Positions 47,041 through 56,294 of a stretch of DNA of 64,000 nt are shown here, in pieces (position 1 is the first letter of the stretch; every line of letters starts with the position of its first letter). A program made the position numbers and the translations under genes. The notes below the pieces were generated by a model that was not told where the DNA came from, did not search any database, and saw nothing but the letters and a program-made list of their open reading frames with translations. The stretch is from the NCBI GenBank assembly GCA_028873125.1, contig JAGWMQ010000001.1:36744-100743 (forward strand), read 5' to 3'. This stretch comes from Verrucomicrobiota bacterium. GTDB taxonomy: Bacteria > Verrucomicrobiota > Verrucomicrobiia > Limisphaerales > UBA11358.

Positions 47041-49157
47041 TTTCGCATTTGTTTCAATTTCCTGTAATGGACACGTTTCGATTGAAATCTTTCGCCACCG
47101 ACCATTCCTTTGAGTTCCTTGATCTGGTCGCGCAGCAGGGCGGCCTTTTCAAACTGCAATTCCCCGGCGGCGGCGAGCATTTCCTTTTCCAGTTCGCCGA
47201 TGGTTTCGGTCAGGTCCACATCCATCTTCGCGTCACGCAAAACTCCGTGGGCTTCCTCGCGTCGGGATTCATAGACGACGAGGCTTTCTTCGACGGCACG
47301 GCTGACGCTGCGCGGGGTGATGTGGTGCTCGGCGTTGTAGGCCAGTTGCTTCTCGCGGCGATACTTCGAGACGGCCAGGAATTTCTTGATGCTCTCGGTC
47401 ATCACGTCGGCATACAGAATTACTTCGCCGTGGAGATGGCGCGCGGCGCGGCCGGCGGTCTGGATCAAACTGGTTTCGCTGCGCAGAAACCCCTCCTTGT
47501 CCGCGTCCAAAATCGCCACCAGCGACACCTCGGGCAGGTCCAGCCCCTCGCGGAGCAGGTTGATGCCGACGAGCACGTCGAACTCGCCCTTGCGCAGCGC
47601 GCGCAACACCTCCACGCGCTCGATGGCGTCAATCTCGCTGTGCAGATACTGGACGCGGACGCCGATGTCGCGCAGGTAATCGGTGAGTTCCTCGGCGGTG
47701 CGCTTGGTCAGGGTGGTGACCAGGACGCGCTCCTTCTGGTCGGCGCGCTTGCGGCATTCCTCGATGAGGTCGTCAATCTGGCCCTGGAGCGGCTTGAGCG
47801 TGACTTGCGGATCCACCAGTCCGGTCGGGCGCACCACCAATTCGACCACGCCGGGCCTCCTTTGGTAGGGTGAACCGTCCTCCGCGCGCCGTTCGGATCG
47901 CGTGCTGGAGGCGGCGGGCAAGGGACTGCCCGCCCTGCCTAAACCGTTTTGCCGCGCCCATTCCAATTCCCGCGCGGCCGGGGTGGCGCTCACGTAAATG
48001 GTCTGGCCCTGCATGGCCTGAAATTCCGTGAACTTGAGCGGCCGATTGTCCAGCGCGCTGGGCAGGCGGAATCCGTATTCCACCAGGACGGTCTTGCGCG
48101 ACCGGTCGCCTTCATACATGGCGCCGATTTGCGGCACGGTGGCGTGCGATTCGTCAATCACCACCAGATAATCCTTCGGGAAAAAATCAATGACCGTGGC
48201 CGGCCGCGAGCCGGGCGGCCGGCCGGCAATGTGGCGCGAATAGTTCTCGATGCCGGAGCAGACGCCCATTTCCTCCATCATCTCCAGGTCGAATTCCGTC
48301 CGCTGTTTGATGCGCTGGGCTTCGAGCAGCTTGCCGTTTTTCTCGAACCAGGCGATGCGCTCGCCGAGTTCCTCGCGGATGGTCAGGATCGCCCGCTTCA
48401 TCTTTTCGCCGGTGGTCACGAATTGTTTGGCGGGAAAGACCGTGGCGGCGTCCAGGCCCTCGGTTTTGTTTCCCGTGAGGGGCTCGAAACGCGTGAGACG
48501 CTCGATTTCGTCGCCGAAAAATTCGACGCGCAGACCGTCCTCGCGTCCGGCGGGGCGGACCTCCACCGTGTCGCCGCGCACGCGGAAGTGACCGCGCTCG
48601 AAGGCGATGTCGTTGCGCTCGTATTGCAAGTCCACCAGGCGCGCCAGGAATTGCTCGCGGGACGGGCCGCCGCCGACGCGGATGGGAATGACCATGGCCT
48701 CGTAATCCTCCTTGCTGCCAATGCCGTAGATGCAGGAGACGCTGGCCACCACCACCACGTCGCGCCGCGAAAACAGCGAGCTCATCGTCGAGAGCCGCAG
48801 CCGCTCGATCTCCTCGTTGCGGCTGGAATCCTTCTCGATGAAGGTGTCGGTGCGCGGGATGTAGGCTTCGGGCTGGTAGTAGTCGAAGTAGCTGACGAAG
48901 TATTCGACGGCGTTGTTCGGGAAAAAGCCCTTGAACTCGGCGTAGAGCTGCGCGGCCAGGGTTTTGTTGTGGGAAATGACCAGGGTGGGTTTGTCCACCT
49001 TTTGGATGACGTTGGCGACGGTGAACGTCTTGCCGGAGCCGGTGACGCCGAGCAGCACCTGGTGTTGGGCGCCGGACACGATGCCTTCCGCCAGCTTCGC
49101 AATGGCTTGCGGCTGGTCGCCGGCGGGCTGGTAGGGCGCGACGAGGTCGAACATCAA
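47037..49157 (-). CDS. uvrB: Excinuclease ABC subunit B, with a ~32-aa GC-rich in-frame insertion
   Basis: [51 protein letters not shown] and the C-terminal UVR motif. Confidence 0.95.
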   Translation of the reverse strand: MMFDLVAPYQPAGDQPQAIAKLAEGIVSGAQHQVLLGVTGSGKTFTVANVIQKVDKPTLVISHNKTLAAQLYAEFKGFFPNNAVEYFVSYFDYYQPEAYIPRTDTFIEKDSSRNEEIERLRLSTMSSLFSRRDVVVVASVSCIYGIGSKEDYEAMVIPIRVGGGPSREQFLARLVDLQYERNDIAFERGHFRVRGDTVEVRPAGREDGLRVEFFGDEIERLTRFEPLTGNKTEGLDAATVFPAKQFVTTGEKMKRAILTIREELGERIAWFEKNGKLLEAQRIKQRTEFDLEMMEEMGVCSGIENYSRHIAGRPPGSRPATVIDFFPKDYLVVIDESHATVPQIGAMYEGDRSRKTVLVEYGFRLPSALDNRPLKFTEFQAMQGQTIYVSATPAARELEWARQNGLGRAGSPLPAASSTRSERRAEDGSPYQRRPGVVELVVRPTGLVDPQVTLKPLQGQIDDLIEECRKRADQKERVLVTTLTKRTAEELTDYLRDIGVRVQYLHSEIDAIERVEVLRALRKGEFDVLVGINLLREGLDLPEVSLVAILDADKEGFLRSETSLIQTAGRAARHLHGEVILYADVMTESIKKFLAVSKYRREKQLAYNAEHHITPRSVSRAVEESLVVYESRREEAHGVLRDAKMDVDLTETIGELEKEMLAAAGELQFEKAALLRDQIKELKGMVGGERFQSKRVHYRKLKQMRK
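47856..47950. repeat. GC-rich hairpin-containing element inserted in frame in uvrB
   Basis: Encodes [34 protein letters not shown] between the conserved ELE and [11 protein letters not shown]. Contains the perfect hairpin GGCGGGCA-agggac-TGCCCGCC at 47913-47934. Confidence 0.6.
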
Positions 49158-49266
49158 AACAGTTTAGGACGGATCCGCCCACAGTCAACGAGGCGCGGAT
49201 TTGAAACTTGCGCCAGGCGGATGGCTCAATGAAGATTTGCCGGAATTCACTGCGCGCCGTCGAATT

Positions 49267-50265
49267 ATGATCCGGTCGTTTGCCTTTACGACGCAAGGGA
49301 AGCTGCATACCGAGGACGTTGATCTGTTCCTCATGCCGACGCTGTTGGCGGACACGAACCTGTTTCTGTGGGTGGATTTGGAGAATCCGACGCCGGAGGA
49401 GGTGCAGTCCGTCCTGGCCGGGGTGTTTCATTTCCATCCCCTGTCCATCGAAGACTGCGTCACCGTCAGCTCCTCGCCCAAGGTCGAGGAATACACGCCG
49501 AAGGAGGGCGACCTGTTCACGCCCTATCTGTTCCTGGTGATTCACGCGGTGGATTACAGCCGGCAGGACGAAAAGTTCGCCACCAGCGAGCTGGATTTTT
49601 TTCTCGGCAAAAATTTTCTCGTCACCTATCACCAAAAACCGCTGCGAACCGTGTCGTTGATTGAAGAGCGCTGCGCGAAAGGCGCAATGCAGATTGCGCG
49701 CGCGCCGGACCGGGTCGCGCATTCGCTGCTCGACGCGCTCGTGGACGGTTACAAACCGGCGCTGGACGAACTGGCGCTGGATATCGCCGACGTGGAGCAA
49801 ACGGTCTTGCAGCATCCCGGCAAGGAGATGTTCCACCGTGTTCTGCAAATCAAGAAAAAAGTGCTGCATCTGCGGCAGATCATCGGGCCGCAGAGCGAGG
49901 TGCTGGCGCGGTTCGCCGCCGGGGAATTCAAACTCATCCGCCCGCATCTGGTGCCGTATTTTCGCGACGTTTATGATGCCTTGCACCGCATCGGCGAACA
50001 GGCGCAGACCTACACCGATTCGCTCACCGGCATCCTGCAGGTGTATCTCAACATGTCGTCCAACCAGACCGGGGAGGTCGTCAAGCTGCTGACGCTGATC
50101 ACCGTTATCACGACGCCGCTGATGATGATCGGCACCTGGTATGGAATGAATTTCCATGACATGCCCGAATTAAGCTGGAAACATGGCTATACCGTTGCGG
50201 GCGGGGTCACGCTGCTCTCCACGCTCGCGACCTATTTGTATTTCAAAAAGAAAAAATGGTTCTGA
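49267..50265 (+). CDS. corA: Magnesium/cobalt transporter CorA
   Basis: C-terminal YGMNFHDMPEL (GMN motif) with two TM segments. The start is at ATG 49267. Confidence 0.9.
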   Translation: MIRSFAFTTQGKLHTEDVDLFLMPTLLADTNLFLWVDLENPTPEEVQSVLAGVFHFHPLSIEDCVTVSSSPKVEEYTPKEGDLFTPYLFLVIHAVDYSRQDEKFATSELDFFLGKNFLVTYHQKPLRTVSLIEERCAKGAMQIARAPDRVAHSLLDALVDGYKPALDELALDIADVEQTVLQHPGKEMFHRVLQIKKKVLHLRQIIGPQSEVLARFAAGEFKLIRPHLVPYFRDVYDALHRIGEQAQTYTDSLTGILQVYLNMSSNQTGEVVKLLTLITVITTPLMMIGTWYGMNFHDMPELSWKHGYTVAGGVTLLSTLATYLYFKKKKWF

Positions 50266-50274
50266 ATCGTTGAA

Positions 50275-51153
50275 ATGAAAACCGGTTTCGCCTCGGCAAT
50301 TTTGCTTTTGTCGCTCATGCTCTCCCGCGCCGAAATGCAAGCCCCCATCCCGCTCTGGCCCAACGGCGCGCCCGGCGCGCTGGGCACCAACGCCTGGGAC
50401 ATCCCCACCCTCACGCCGTATCTGCCCGACCCGGCCGGGGCCGGCGGCGCGGCGATGGTGATCTGCCCGGGCGGCGGTTATGCGCACCTGGCGCCGCACG
50501 AGGGCCGGGATTACGCCCTTTGGCTCAACCAGCATGGCGTCACCGGCTTCGTGCTCAAATACCGGCTCGGCTCGCACGGCTACCGTTATCCGGCCGAGTT
50601 CGAGGACGTGACGCGCGCGATGCGCTGGGTGCGGGCGCATGCGGCGGATTACCGGATTGACCCGCAGCGCATCGGCATCATGGGGTCCTCGGCGGGGGGC
50701 CACCTGGCGGCGACGCTGCTGACGCATTTCGATGCCGGCAACCCGGAGGCGGACGATCCCGTGGCGCGGCAAAGCTCGCGGCCGGATTTGGGCATTTTGT
50801 GTTACGCCGTCATCACCATGGGCAAATACACCCATCAAGGCTCCAAGGAGAATCTGCTGGGCAAGCATCCGTCGCCAAGACTGGTGAAACTGCTTTCCGA
50901 CGAACTCCAGGTGACGGGCGACACCCCGCAATGTTTCATCTGGTGCACCTACGAGGACAAGACCGTGCCGATGGAAAACAGCCTGATGTTTGCCGAGGCC
51001 CTGCGGAAACATCACGTGCCGTTTGCCCTGCACATTTATCAAAACGGCGGCCACGGCATGGGACTGGCGGACAAGCCGCCGTTCGCGCATCCGCATCCGT
51101 GGGCGAATGATTGCCTGGTGTGGCTCAAACACCACGACTTTCTGAACGACTGA
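50275..51153 (+). CDS. Secreted alpha/beta-hydrolase (esterase/lipase-like)
   Basis: Signal peptide, oxyanion-region CPGGGY, nucleophile elbow GSSAGGH, late D and H (NGGHGMG). Confidence 0.85.
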   Translation: MKTGFASAILLLSLMLSRAEMQAPIPLWPNGAPGALGTNAWDIPTLTPYLPDPAGAGGAAMVICPGGGYAHLAPHEGRDYALWLNQHGVTGFVLKYRLGSHGYRYPAEFEDVTRAMRWVRAHAADYRIDPQRIGIMGSSAGGHLAATLLTHFDAGNPEADDPVARQSSRPDLGILCYAVITMGKYTHQGSKENLLGKHPSPRLVKLLSDELQVTGDTPQCFIWCTYEDKTVPMENSLMFAEALRKHHVPFALHIYQNGGHGMGLADKPPFAHPHPWANDCLVWLKHHDFLND

Positions 51154-51159
51154 GCGGCC

Positions 51160-52710
51160 CTATGGTTTTGATGCCGCGGCTGGCGGCGCGTTGGTCGGGG
51201 CGGGCGTGGTGGCCGGGGGCGGGGCGTTGGTTTCCGCCGGCAGTCCCAGTTGCGTGCGCAAAACGGCGCGCGCGGCGTAGGACAACATGGGTTGTTGCGG
51301 ACTCAACAGGCGGTTCACAACCATGCGGTTGATCTGGTCGAAGGGCGGCAGGGGGATGCGCTCGCGCGTCGCGGCCAACGGGCCGATGTTGGCGTTGTAA
51401 TTCTGATAAACCTTGATCGCCAACCGTTTGAATCCATCGGCGCGGGCGTCCTGCCCGATGGCCAGGTTATAGTACGACCGGGCGAGCAGTCCCTGGACGG
51501 CGGCGGTCACCTCGTCCTGCGAGGTTTGGTTGATGTTTTCCTGGACGCAGGCGACGGCGTACTGGTCCAAGGTCAGGTTGCGCGGCAAGGAGTTGGGGTC
51601 GCCGTCAATGATGGGCTTGTCGGGAAATTTTTGGGCGAGGTATTGAAACCATTTTTGCGCCTGGGCGATCCGGTTGTCCTGGTAAAGATAATAAACGGCG
51701 TCGCGCAGGAAATTCCGTTGGGCCGTGAGGATGCCATTCTTCTGGCCCGGATCGGATTCCTGGGCATACATGGTCTCGTAGGCCTCGTTGACCTTGGGGA
51801 TGATGTCCAGGTTGGGCGCCAGGGCATAGGTGTGCTCGAAGGGATCGGCGATGATGTGCCCGTGATGGAAAGTCTGGAGCATGGACTGGAAGATGACGCG
51901 CCGAAGCGACATCACGTCGAACGCCTTGTTCATGCCGGGATGCGCCTCGGCCTGTTCCAGACCCTTGGCGGCCCAGTAGATGGCGCTCGCCTCCGGCAGC
52001 CGCCAGTCGAACGGCCCCCATTCTTCGTCCACGTGCTTCACGTATTGCGGGTCCAACTTGAATTCTTCGTGGAGGCGCAGCGCGTTGGTTCTGGCCTCGG
52101 CGGTTTGCGGATGGATCAACTGCTCATAATTCGTTCCGTGGGGGCCGAAAAACGGCGTCATTTCCTCGGCCCATTCCTTTTTGTAATACATGTCCGCGTC
52201 GTCCATGTTCTGCCCCAGCTTGCTTTGGAAAATCCAGGCCAGTTGTTGGTAAAGGAGCGCGTTGTCGGGGTTGTACTTCAGGGCCTTGTCGCGCAACAAC
52301 CGCATGCCCGCCTGCACCCAGCGCCAGCGGTCGGAATAATCGCCGGGACCGTTCTCCTTGAACTTGACCGAGATGTTCCAGGCCATGTTCCAGGCTTCAA
52401 ACGCCCAGACCTGGGCGAAATGCGGCTCCAGGTCGGTGATCCAGTCGGCCAGTTGCACCATCTCGAAATACTTGTCCTCCAGTTGCAGATCATTGGCGCG
52501 GATCCAGAGGAAATTGGAAATCAATCCCCGGAACCCGCCCAGCGCGACGGTGGTGAAGGCCAGCAGCGGCGGGGCGTCCTTCAACGGCGCCGCGCGCGTC
52601 AGCCCCAGTTGCTGTCGGTCGGAGTTGAGGGACTTTTGGACCTGGCTGCCGCCGGCGAGCAGAACGGCGGCCAGCAGCAGCAGGATGAATTTCCTGGCGC
52701 GCCCGGTCAT
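51160..52710 (-). CDS. Membrane-anchored helical protein of unknown function (third gene of the ABC operon)
   Basis: ATG 52710 gives MTGRARKFILLLLAAVLLAGG, then a second TM, then ~450 aa of helical-repeat-like sequence and a Pro/Ala tail. The ORF's upstream 19 codons are heptamer-repeat DNA. Confidence 0.65.
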   Translation of the reverse strand: MTGRARKFILLLLAAVLLAGGSQVQKSLNSDRQQLGLTRAAPLKDAPPLLAFTTVALGGFRGLISNFLWIRANDLQLEDKYFEMVQLADWITDLEPHFAQVWAFEAWNMAWNISVKFKENGPGDYSDRWRWVQAGMRLLRDKALKYNPDNALLYQQLAWIFQSKLGQNMDDADMYYKKEWAEEMTPFFGPHGTNYEQLIHPQTAEARTNALRLHEEFKLDPQYVKHVDEEWGPFDWRLPEASAIYWAAKGLEQAEAHPGMNKAFDVMSLRRVIFQSMLQTFHHGHIIADPFEHTYALAPNLDIIPKVNEAYETMYAQESDPGQKNGILTAQRNFLRDAVYYLYQDNRIAQAQKWFQYLAQKFPDKPIIDGDPNSLPRNLTLDQYAVACVQENINQTSQDEVTAAVQGLLARSYYNLAIGQDARADGFKRLAIKVYQNYNANIGPLAATRERIPLPPFDQINRMVVNRLLSPQQPMLSYAARAVLRTQLGLPAETNAPPPATTPAPTNAPPAAASKP

Positions 52711-52721
52711 GGTCGAGGCAA

Positions 52722-52851
52722 CCTCCAAGTTCCAGGTTCCAAAGAAGCGCCAAGTTCCAAGTTCCAAGTTCCAAACCGCGCCGCGCGATGGCGGCTTTGG
52801 GAGTTTGGAATTTGAGACTTCCTTGGAACTTGGAATTTGGAGCTTGGAACC
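52722..52851. repeat. Heptamer-periodic palindromic repeat between the ABC permease gene and the downstream gene
   Basis: Left arm ctccaagttccaggttccaaagaagcgccaagttccaagttccaagttccaaa; ~20-nt GC-rich loop; right arm ctttgggagtttggaatttgagacttccttggaacttggaatttggagcttggaacc. Confidence 0.9.
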
Positions 52852-52852
52852 T

Positions 52853-54241
52853 TCATTGATTCGATGGCGCCGTGGCCAGTTCGCGCCGGCTGAACAGGAC
52901 GATGCCGATGAGCGCGATGATGCCGCCCAACAGCAGTACGATCTGCCCGAAGGCCGACACCAGGTCGCTCCACGGAATGCTTCGCCCGCCGCTCAACGAG
53001 TCAATCGGCGAGAAATTCTTCACCAGTCCGACGACGGCCAGGATGCCGCGGAAGGCCGGGAGCAGCACCGCGTCCGCGGCCGAATGCCCGCCTTCCGCGC
53101 CGGCGATGCCCACCGTGCCGTTGGACACCGCCTCGGCCAGTGTCCCGCTGGACGCCACCACCACCAGCAGCGCCAGCGAAAAGAACGCGGCGACCGGAAA
53201 GGACAGGAAGCTCGCCGCCATCAGACCGATGGCCGCCAGCAGTGCCATCCAGCAAAAAATGATGCCCAGCCCGCGCGCATAATTCAGCGCGAATCCGCCC
53301 TCGGGATAGAGCACCTCCATGCCGTCTTTGATTGGAAACAACAGCGTGGTGTCATTGGCATTCACAAACTGCACCGTCAGGACGCCGTCTTGGTCGAACA
53401 GGTCCGCCGGGATTTGAAATTCGTGGTAGGTGTCGGGCGCCAGGCTCATCGGCTCGCTGCGCCAGACGTTGGCCGTGCCCGGCACGCCCACCTGCCACAG
53501 GCCGACGAACGTGCCGGAGGGGCTTTTGCTGGCCGCGTTGAACTTCACGCGCAGTTGCAGCGGCTTGCCGCGCAGAAAATTCTTCTCCAGGCCCAGATCA
53601 ATCCGCCACCGGCGCTGGTAGGCCGGCGGCACGTCCTGAAGTTCGGCCTGGACTTCGTCGCGGATGGCCTTGAGCGCCGCCATTTTGTCCGCGTTCGACA
53701 GGTTGGCCAGTTTGGGATTTTGTTTCAGACGCGCCTGGAATATCTGCCGGGTCTGCGCCTCGATCTCGGCTTCCGGATTTTGCGGCTTGGCCGAGCCGCG
53801 CGCCACGAGCACCTGGGTGCGCAGAATTTCCCGCTCGGCCGCCGGCAGCGAGTGGGCGCGCCACTGCAGGAGGCCATAGACCCCGCCGCCGGACAAGGCC
53901 AGCAACGCGGCGTCCAGGGTCACGATGCCCAGCCATTTGCCCAGCCAGATCTGCCAGCGCGCCACGGGCTTGGTCACCACGACCTGTATCTGGCATTCCT
54001 CGACGTCGCGCGCCAGCGTGCCGCAGGAGAGCCACAGCGTGGACAGTCCCAGCAACGCGCTGATGACGCTCAGCGTGTAGGTGATCAAAATCTGCGTGAA
54101 CCCGCGCGCCGTGCCGTCGTCCTTGAGCAGCAACGGCAGGGCGACGACCGACGCCAGCAGCAACACGGCCACGACCAGGAACAGCCGGAATCGGAGCGCG
54201 GCCTTCCAGGTCAGTCCGGCGATGGCAAGAGTCCTTTGCAT
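52853..54241 (-). CDS. ABC-2-type permease-like membrane protein with a large extracytoplasmic domain
   Basis: ATG 54241 (MQRTLAIAGLTWKAALRFRLFLVV). N-terminal TM cluster, ~200-aa soluble insert, C-terminal TM cluster. Follows the ABC ATPase gene. Confidence 0.65.
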   Translation of the reverse strand: MQRTLAIAGLTWKAALRFRLFLVVAVLLLASVVALPLLLKDDGTARGFTQILITYTLSVISALLGLSTLWLSCGTLARDVEECQIQVVVTKPVARWQIWLGKWLGIVTLDAALLALSGGGVYGLLQWRAHSLPAAEREILRTQVLVARGSAKPQNPEAEIEAQTRQIFQARLKQNPKLANLSNADKMAALKAIRDEVQAELQDVPPAYQRRWRIDLGLEKNFLRGKPLQLRVKFNAASKSPSGTFVGLWQVGVPGTANVWRSEPMSLAPDTYHEFQIPADLFDQDGVLTVQFVNANDTTLLFPIKDGMEVLYPEGGFALNYARGLGIIFCWMALLAAIGLMAASFLSFPVAAFFSLALLVVVASSGTLAEAVSNGTVGIAGAEGGHSAADAVLLPAFRGILAVVGLVKNFSPIDSLSGGRSIPWSDLVSAFGQIVLLLGGIIALIGIVLFSRRELATAPSNQ

Positions 54242-54243
54242 CA

Positions 54244-54324
54244 GAATTTCAATCCGCTGATTCCGCGAATTTTCGCTGATTCTTTGTTTCCAAAAACGTC
54301 GCGTCAATTCGCGCAATCCGCGGG
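54244..54324. repeat. AATTCGYG-family palindromic element between the ABC ATPase and permease genes
   Basis: ...ttccgcgaattttcgctgattc...gtcgcgtcaattcgcgcaatccgcggg. CGCGAATT is on the left and AATTCGCG on the right. Confidence 0.7.
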
Positions 54325-54330
54325 TAAAAA

Positions 54331-55551
54331 TCACTTCTTGTTTCCCAGCAGCGACGACAGCTTTTCATCGGCTTTAGACAGGCCTGCCGCCGTTTCCTGC
54401 TCAACGTCCGGCGCGGGCGCGGCGGGCGGCGCCGCGGGCGCGGCGGCCTTGGCCAGCGCCTCCAGCCTTTTTTCATCCACGCGCGGGCTGGCGGCCGGAG
54501 CAGAGGGCTTGGGTTCAACCGGCGGACGGGCGGTTTGCGGGAGCGCCAGGCGTTCCAGGATTTTTTCCGTGGGCGGCTTTTCCTCGGCGCCCGCGCGCAG
54601 GTATTCGGCCACGCGCGCGCCGGAAATGGCGCCGGAGGTTTCGTGCGCCTCGCGCGCCTTTTCCACCACCTCCAGAAAGTAGCTCTCCAGATTTTGCGTC
54701 GGATTGTCCACGCGGACCTGGTCGGTGGCCGCGTCGTGATGGATGATTTCCAGGACGCGTTCCAGCGTCGGGCGCGGCAGCACCGGCGTGGTGATGCGCA
54801 GCGTGTCCGGCTCGGCGAGCAGTTCCCGGAGCGCGCCGGCCGCCTGGATTCGGCCGCCGTAATAAATCACCACGCGGTCGCAAACGTCCTCCACGTCCGC
54901 CAGCAGATGGCTGCTGAGAACCACGGTCTTGCCGCGGCGGGCCAGCGCCAGGATCAGATCCTTCACCTCCCGGCAGCCGATGGGGTCCAGTCCGGATGTC
55001 GGCTCGTCCAGGATCACCAGGTCGGGGTCGTTGATGAGCGCCTGGGCCAGGCCGATCCGGCGCTGCATGCCCTTGGAGAATTCGCCGACGGCGCGCGTGC
55101 GGACCTGGTTGAGGCCCACCATTTCCAGCAGTTGCTCGGCGCGGTTGGCGCGCTCGCCTTTTCCGAGATGAAACAGGTTGCCGAAAAAGTCAAGCGTCTC
55201 GCGCGAGTCGAGGTAGCGATACAGATACGACTCCTCCGGCAGATAGCCGATGCGCGCCTTGGTCTGGACGTGCCGCGGCGAATGGCCGAAGACCTGGATG
55301 TGCCCGCGCGTCGGGTACAGCAGCCCCAGCAGCAGCTTGACGGTGGTGGACTTGCCCGAGCCGTTGGGGCCGAGCAGCCCGAAGACCTCGCCGCGGCGCA
55401 CGTCGAAATCCACGTTGTCCACCGCCCGCGCCTTGGGGCGGTTCCAGAAGTCCTTGAAAACCTTCGTCAATCCGCGCACGGAGACGACAACTTCGGCGTT
55501 TGACTGCGGATCGCGAGTTGCGGATCGCGGTTTCAATTCGGCAACTGGCAT
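54331..55551 (-). CDS. ABC transporter ATP-binding protein with a ~170-aa C-terminal extension
   Basis: Walker A GPNGSGKST, signature FSKGMQRRIG, Walker B LVILDEPTSGLD, H-loop SSHLL. Ala/Pro/Glu-rich tail. Confidence 0.9.
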   Translation of the reverse strand: MPVAELKPRSATRDPQSNAEVVVSVRGLTKVFKDFWNRPKARAVDNVDFDVRRGEVFGLLGPNGSGKSTTVKLLLGLLYPTRGHIQVFGHSPRHVQTKARIGYLPEESYLYRYLDSRETLDFFGNLFHLGKGERANRAEQLLEMVGLNQVRTRAVGEFSKGMQRRIGLAQALINDPDLVILDEPTSGLDPIGCREVKDLILALARRGKTVVLSSHLLADVEDVCDRVVIYYGGRIQAAGALRELLAEPDTLRITTPVLPRPTLERVLEIIHHDAATDQVRVDNPTQNLESYFLEVVEKAREAHETSGAISGARVAEYLRAGAEEKPPTEKILERLALPQTARPPVEPKPSAPAASPRVDEKRLEALAKAAAPAAPPAAPAPDVEQETAAGLSKADEKLSSLLGNKK

Positions 55552-55926
55552 GGTTCTTTCAATTTTGCTTGTCGGCCGATTGTGTTAAGACAGCGGGGGG
55601 CCCGTTTTTGTCCAATCTTTTCGCGGCCATTTCAACCGGGACCCCCTGCGCCGGGCCGCCGTTTTTGGAAGGTGCGCAACATTTTTGCGCTTAGCAAGGC
55701 AATTGCCACGGCACCGCCTGCTGGCCGTCGGCCGAAAAAGCCGATCCTCCGGCGCCATCGAGCGCACGAGCCATGGCGGTCTTGAGGCATTCGACGGACT
55801 TGCTCCAAAGAAGATCGCCGCGGCGCCGGGAGCAGACACAAACAATCCTCGTTCCACCGCCCGCCGGCGACTTGTCAAACGCATCCGCAGGTTCGGCGAA
55901 CAACGGAAATTTCGGCTTCCCCAAGC

Positions 55927-56094
55927 TCACTGGGCGAACTTGCGAACCGGCTTGTCCACGGGCGTGAACACCTCGCTGGCGAGCCGTTTGAATTCCTCGC
56001 TGACCTCGCCGCACGTTTCCACAGCGTGAAGGTATGCAGCCACTTTCCGCTGCTCTTCACGTGGAAGCTGCTTGATTTCCTCAATGACTTCCAT
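55927..56094 (-). CDS. Small (55-aa) antitoxin-like ORF, not in the supplied ORF track
   Basis: Hand translation: MEVIEEIKQLPREEQRKVAAYLHAVETCGEVSEEFKRLASEVFTPVDKPVRKFAQ. The N-terminal EEIKQLPREEQ pattern resembles addiction-module antitoxin components. No intact toxin follows. Confidence 0.35.
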   Translation of the reverse strand: MEVIEEIKQLPREEQRKVAAYLHAVETCGEVSEEFKRLASEVFTPVDKPVRKFAQ

Positions 56095-56244
56095 CGCGCT
56101 CACGCGGTAAAACTAACCCGCCTTGGCCGCCGCGGCAAGCCGCGAGTGGGATTGCGTTGGGGGATGGCATCCTCTCGCTGCGTGGCGCTGCGCCGCCTCA
56201 ATCCAGGATCCTCAAATGAACGCGCCGCCATCTGAATGCGGCAT

Positions 56245-56273
56245 TTGACAGCGCAGGCTTATTGCATTCAAAT
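56245..56273 (+). promoter_or_regulatory. Sigma-70-like promoter upstream of the GH2 gene
   Basis: TTGACA 56245-56250, 17-nt spacer, TCAAAT 56268-56273, about 20 nt before ATG 56295. Confidence 0.35.
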
Positions 56274-56294
56274 AGGCCGCAAAGAAAGGCTCCT

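Noticed and set aside
55552-55926. Possible degenerate toxin gene downstream of the small antitoxin-like ORF (for example ORF 55691..56014)
   Set aside because: The translations show no RelE/ParE, PIN, HicA or Doc-like motifs and the composition is non-coding-like.
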